Below, piece after piece: positions 61,207 to 64,000 of a DNA stretch of 64,000 bases (position 1 is the stretch's first letter; the number at the start of each line of letters is the position of its first letter). The stretch lies in the NCBI GenBank assembly GCA_964421875.1, contig CAYQZD010000005.1, positions 253-64,252 of the forward strand. Reading direction: 5' to 3'. The translations under genes were made by a program, and so were the position numbers. This DNA is from an uncultured bacterium. GTDB lineage: Bacteria > Electryoneota > Tariuqbacteria > Tariuqbacterales > Tariuqbacteraceae. Under the pieces are notes generated by a model, which was not told the DNA's origin, searched no databases, and saw only the letters and a program-made list of their open reading frames with translations.

Positions 61207-62460
61207 ATGCCCCTGCCAACCAACCAACAAATCGAAGCCTGGCGCGCCCGCTGGGACGACCACCCAAGATTGAACGATAAAATCGCTTACATCCTAAAAG
61301 GCGACAGACCCGCCGAAACCGCCGAGGAAGCCGCCAAGAGGATGTGGGAGGTGAATGAGGAATTGAGGAAGGCGAATGTGGAAAGTGGTGAAAATGATTT
61401 TGAAATATATGAGGGAGAGGGTAAAAAGACTTGGATAATAGATAAGTATTCAGTTGTTCCTATCTTGGACATGCGCGGCATTGATTTTCATAAAAAAGAG
61501 TTGTGTGGAATCATTATCCCGTTTGCGCTACTTGAAAAATCTTTCTTGCTTCTTGCGCAATTGAATGGAGCTAACTTGCTTCGTGTTCGATTAGAAGGGG
61601 CAGATTTAAGTGGAGTACATATTGAAGGTGCAAGTTTTCGTTTCTCGCAAGTTGGTTTACATATACTTGATATTAATAATAAAAAAAGAGGAAATAAAAA
61701 ATGCATCTCTACAGAAAGGGAAAAAATAAACACGACTTTTGCCGATAATAATTATTTGCCAAGGATGATAAAATTATTGACTATTAGAGAAATAGTAATA
61801 GTAATTTCACTTTTAATTAAAGGACTCAAACCAGATATAATGTTTGGTACCTATGCTGATGAAATAAATGGAATTAAAAAGAAAAAATTCCATTTATGGT
61901 TTAAAGAAATCTATGATAGAAGTAAACTCTGTCGTTTGTTTTTCCTACGCTGGTTTTACACAGATTTCCGTGGAGTGAAAATCGATGACGCTGACACCAC
62001 CTTAGCCGCCGATTTGCGCCGTTATGTCCACGACCAGCAGTTTTTAGACCGTTTACGACAGAAGCATCCTATTCTTTTCTGGTTATGGAACATCACCACC
62101 TGCTGCGGCTGGTCGCTGTCGCGGGTTTTTATCCTGTCGCTCCTGATAATCGTTCTTTTCGCTTTGATATACGCCAACGCGCCCTTCCCCGCGCCGGATT
62201 TTATGCCGGATTGGCTGTTGATGCAGCCCGGCGCTCAACTCGTCGTCCCCGATATGAAATACGAGGAGATGGAGGGGATTTCCGACACCTTCAAGTGGTT
62301 TTTCTACTCCTTCGACATTTTCACCAATCTCGGCATCCGCAGCGCCCATCCCGCCAACAACTGGGGCGTGATTGTGGTTTTCCTCGAAACCATCGCCGGT
62401 TTCTCGATGTTGGGCTTGTTAATTTCGGTGATGGCGCAAAAGCTGGCGCGGAGGGCGTAG
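61207..62460 (+). CDS. Pentapeptide-repeat protein fused to an ion-channel (Ion_trans_2-like) pore domain
   Basis: Pentapeptide run LAQLNGANLLRVRLEGADLSGVHIEGASFRF. C-terminal TM-pore-TM with …FFYSFDIFTNLGIRSAHP…. The central part, about 61380-61960, is AT-rich. Confidence 0.6.
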   Translation: MPLPTNQQIEAWRARWDDHPRLNDKIAYILKGDRPAETAEEAAKRMWEVNEELRKANVESGENDFEIYEGEGKKTWIIDKYSVVPILDMRGIDFHKKELCGIIIPFALLEKSFLLLAQLNGANLLRVRLEGADLSGVHIEGASFRFSQVGLHILDINNKKRGNKKCISTEREKINTTFADNNYLPRMIKLLTIREIVIVISLLIKGLKPDIMFGTYADEINGIKKKKFHLWFKEIYDRSKLCRLFFLRWFYTDFRGVKIDDADTTLAADLRRYVHDQQFLDRLRQKHPILFWLWNITTCCGWSLSRVFILSLLIIVLFALIYANAPFPAPDFMPDWLLMQPGAQLVVPDMKYEEMEGISDTFKWFFYSFDIFTNLGIRSAHPANNWGVIVVFLETIAGFSMLGLLISVMAQKLARRA

Positions 62461-62786
62461 ATGGTAAAGTCGTGAAATCGTGAAGTCGTGATTGGTGTTT
62501 GGTGGATGGTGATTGGTGGAGAAAATTCACAGGCTATGATGGTTATGAAGGCTATTAATAGGGTGGGTCATTTAACGGATTTAGAATCCGCCGGGTGCGG
62601 GGACCCGGCGGGCACATCAATTCCGGCTGCGCCGGAATGACATCGTAGGAGGTAGGGCGGAATCTTATTCCGCCGGATGATTATAAATCCGCTTAATCCG
62701 CTTCATCTGCTGTGAATCTTGCATTGTATATTTCGACAACCTCACCGTTTCCGAAAAAAGGGGGGATTTGAGCCCGGGACTTTCAT

Positions 62787-62845
62787 ACTTGTTTACTTGT
62801 GCACTTGTACACTTCTTTACGAATTGTTGACTTGCCGACTTGAGG
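62787..62845 (+). promoter_or_regulatory. Tandem 8-nt-periodic ACTTG array upstream of kdsA
   Basis: acttgtttacttgtgcacttgtacacttctttacgaattgttgacttgccgacttgagg. Confidence 0.45.
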
Positions 62846-62860
62846 ACTATGAAAAAATAT

Positions 62861-62888
62861 TACCCCTCTACAGGGTAATTTTTTTAAA
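62861..62888 (+). terminator. Bidirectional terminator-like hairpin
   Basis: tacccctctacagggta followed by attttttt and aaaaaaaaa. Confidence 0.45.
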
Positions 62889-62954
62889 AAAAAACTTGAC
62901 TCATAAATTATTCGTCATTATATTCATCAATCAATTTCCGATTCCCGGTCTTTT

Positions 62955-63764
62955 ATGCGAACCATCGATATAGGCGGTATCCCTCTGGGGGCGGACAATC
63001 CCCCGGTTTTAATCGCAGGCCCCTGTGTGATTGAAAACCAGCGTTTGACCCTGGAGATTGCAAGAGAGATAAATAAGGTCTGCCGCGAGCGGGGCATCCC
63101 TTTCATCTTCAAAGCATCCTACGCCAAAGCCAACCGTTCCTCGGGGAATTCCTATGTGGGACCGGGGCTCATCGAGGGATTGAAGGCGCTGGAGAAGGTT
63201 AAAGGCGAGGTGGGCGTTCCGGTTTTGACCGACATCCACGAATCGGGGGAAATCGCCCGGGCCTCCGCAGTGGTTGACATATTGCAGATTCCCGCTTTCC
63301 TCTGCCGACAAACCGGCTTGGTTAAAGCTGCCGCCCGCGCCGGGCTGCCCTTGAACATTAAAAAGGGGCAGTTTATGTCCCCTCAAATGATGAAGCCCAT
63401 TGCGGAAAAAGCGGTGATGGCGGGCAACGAACAGGTGATTCTCACCGAGCGGGGCACGTTTTTCGGTTACGGCGATTTGGTGGTGGATATGCGCAGCCTG
63501 CCGATAATGGCATCCTTCGGCTTCCCGGTGCTCTATGACGCCACGCATTCGGTGCAGCAGCCTGGCGGGCTGGGCGATAGTTCCGGGGGATTGCGCGAAT
63601 TCATCCTGCCCCTGGCGAAAGCCGCGGCGGCCACCGGCTATGTTTCCGGTATCTATCTTGAAACCCACCCGCAGCCTGAGACCTCCCCCAGCGACGCCGC
63701 TTCTATGCTGCCATTGACGCAACTGACGGATTTCATCGCCTCAGTCTGGAGGTTATTTGGTTGA
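62955..63764 (+). CDS. kdsA: 3-deoxy-8-phosphooctulonate synthase (KDO8P synthase)
   Basis: MRTIDIGGIPLGADNPPVLIAGPCVIE…IFKASYAKANRSS. Confidence 0.9.
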   Translation: MRTIDIGGIPLGADNPPVLIAGPCVIENQRLTLEIAREINKVCRERGIPFIFKASYAKANRSSGNSYVGPGLIEGLKALEKVKGEVGVPVLTDIHESGEIARASAVVDILQIPAFLCRQTGLVKAAARAGLPLNIKKGQFMSPQMMKPIAEKAVMAGNEQVILTERGTFFGYGDLVVDMRSLPIMASFGFPVLYDATHSVQQPGGLGDSSGGLREFILPLAKAAAATGYVSGIYLETHPQPETSPSDAASMLPLTQLTDFIASVWRLFG

Positions 63765-64000
63765 ATACTTGAGATGACTAACGATTATGACGATATTATG
63801 AACAGGATTAGGCGCTAACTGTAGCTTTAATCACCTGATTGAGGGGTGTAAATCTACATTCCCCGAAACAACTAATCTTGTCATTACGTTCATCTTTTGA
63901 AAAAACATCCGATTTTCTTGAAAAAAATAGATATTTTGCTTGATTATTTGCTTGAGTTATTGTATATTTAACAATTGGTGGAAAATTATATTGAATTGAT

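Overview
This 64-kb window is a high-GC (about 57-58%) bacterial chromosome stretch, most likely from an FCB-group (Bacteroidota/Ignavibacteriota-like) organism. The evidence for that placement is T9SS C-terminal-domain cargo proteins, a GWxTD protein, a short 285-aa RpoD-type sigma factor and a tiny bS22-like ribosomal protein. Most of the window is conserved housekeeping backbone: split methylmalonyl-CoA mutase, yebC-ruvC-ruvA-ruvB-queA, ispD/ispF, gltX, ddl, mltD, sppA, xseA/xseB-dxs, nadK-ftsY-rimO, purN-purH, mreB-mreC, rpoD, htrA, ileS, lspA, pnp, yggS-yggT-divIVA and kdsA. Several small AT-rich islets (about 35% GC) interrupt this backbone. (i) A 5'-truncated ISL3 transposase remnant lies at 1.7-2.8 kb. 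(ii) An islet between the two MCM subunit genes carries a YefM-YoeB module whose yoeB has a single-nucleotide frameshift, a bPH_2 membrane protein and a DUF4268 PD-(D/E)xK protein. (iii) A two-gene cassette inserted exactly between ruvA and ruvB encodes a PD-(D/E)xK (Hjc-like D-x13-E-x-K) + winged-helix protein and a Cys4 zinc-ribbon protein; this is the best candidate for an undescribed system. (iv) An in-frame AT-rich segment lies inside a pentapeptide-repeat/ion-channel gene. Intergenic space is crowded with several families of conserved hairpin/palindromic repeats (REP/MITE-like), tandem 8-mer ACTTG arrays upstream of three genes, and a 650-bp palindrome-dense spacer between xseA and xseB. 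No rRNA, tRNA or CRISPR array was found. The supplied ORF track misses at least one real minus-strand gene at the 5' edge (a TPR-GT2 gene with an internal double frameshift) and all ORFs under 60 aa.
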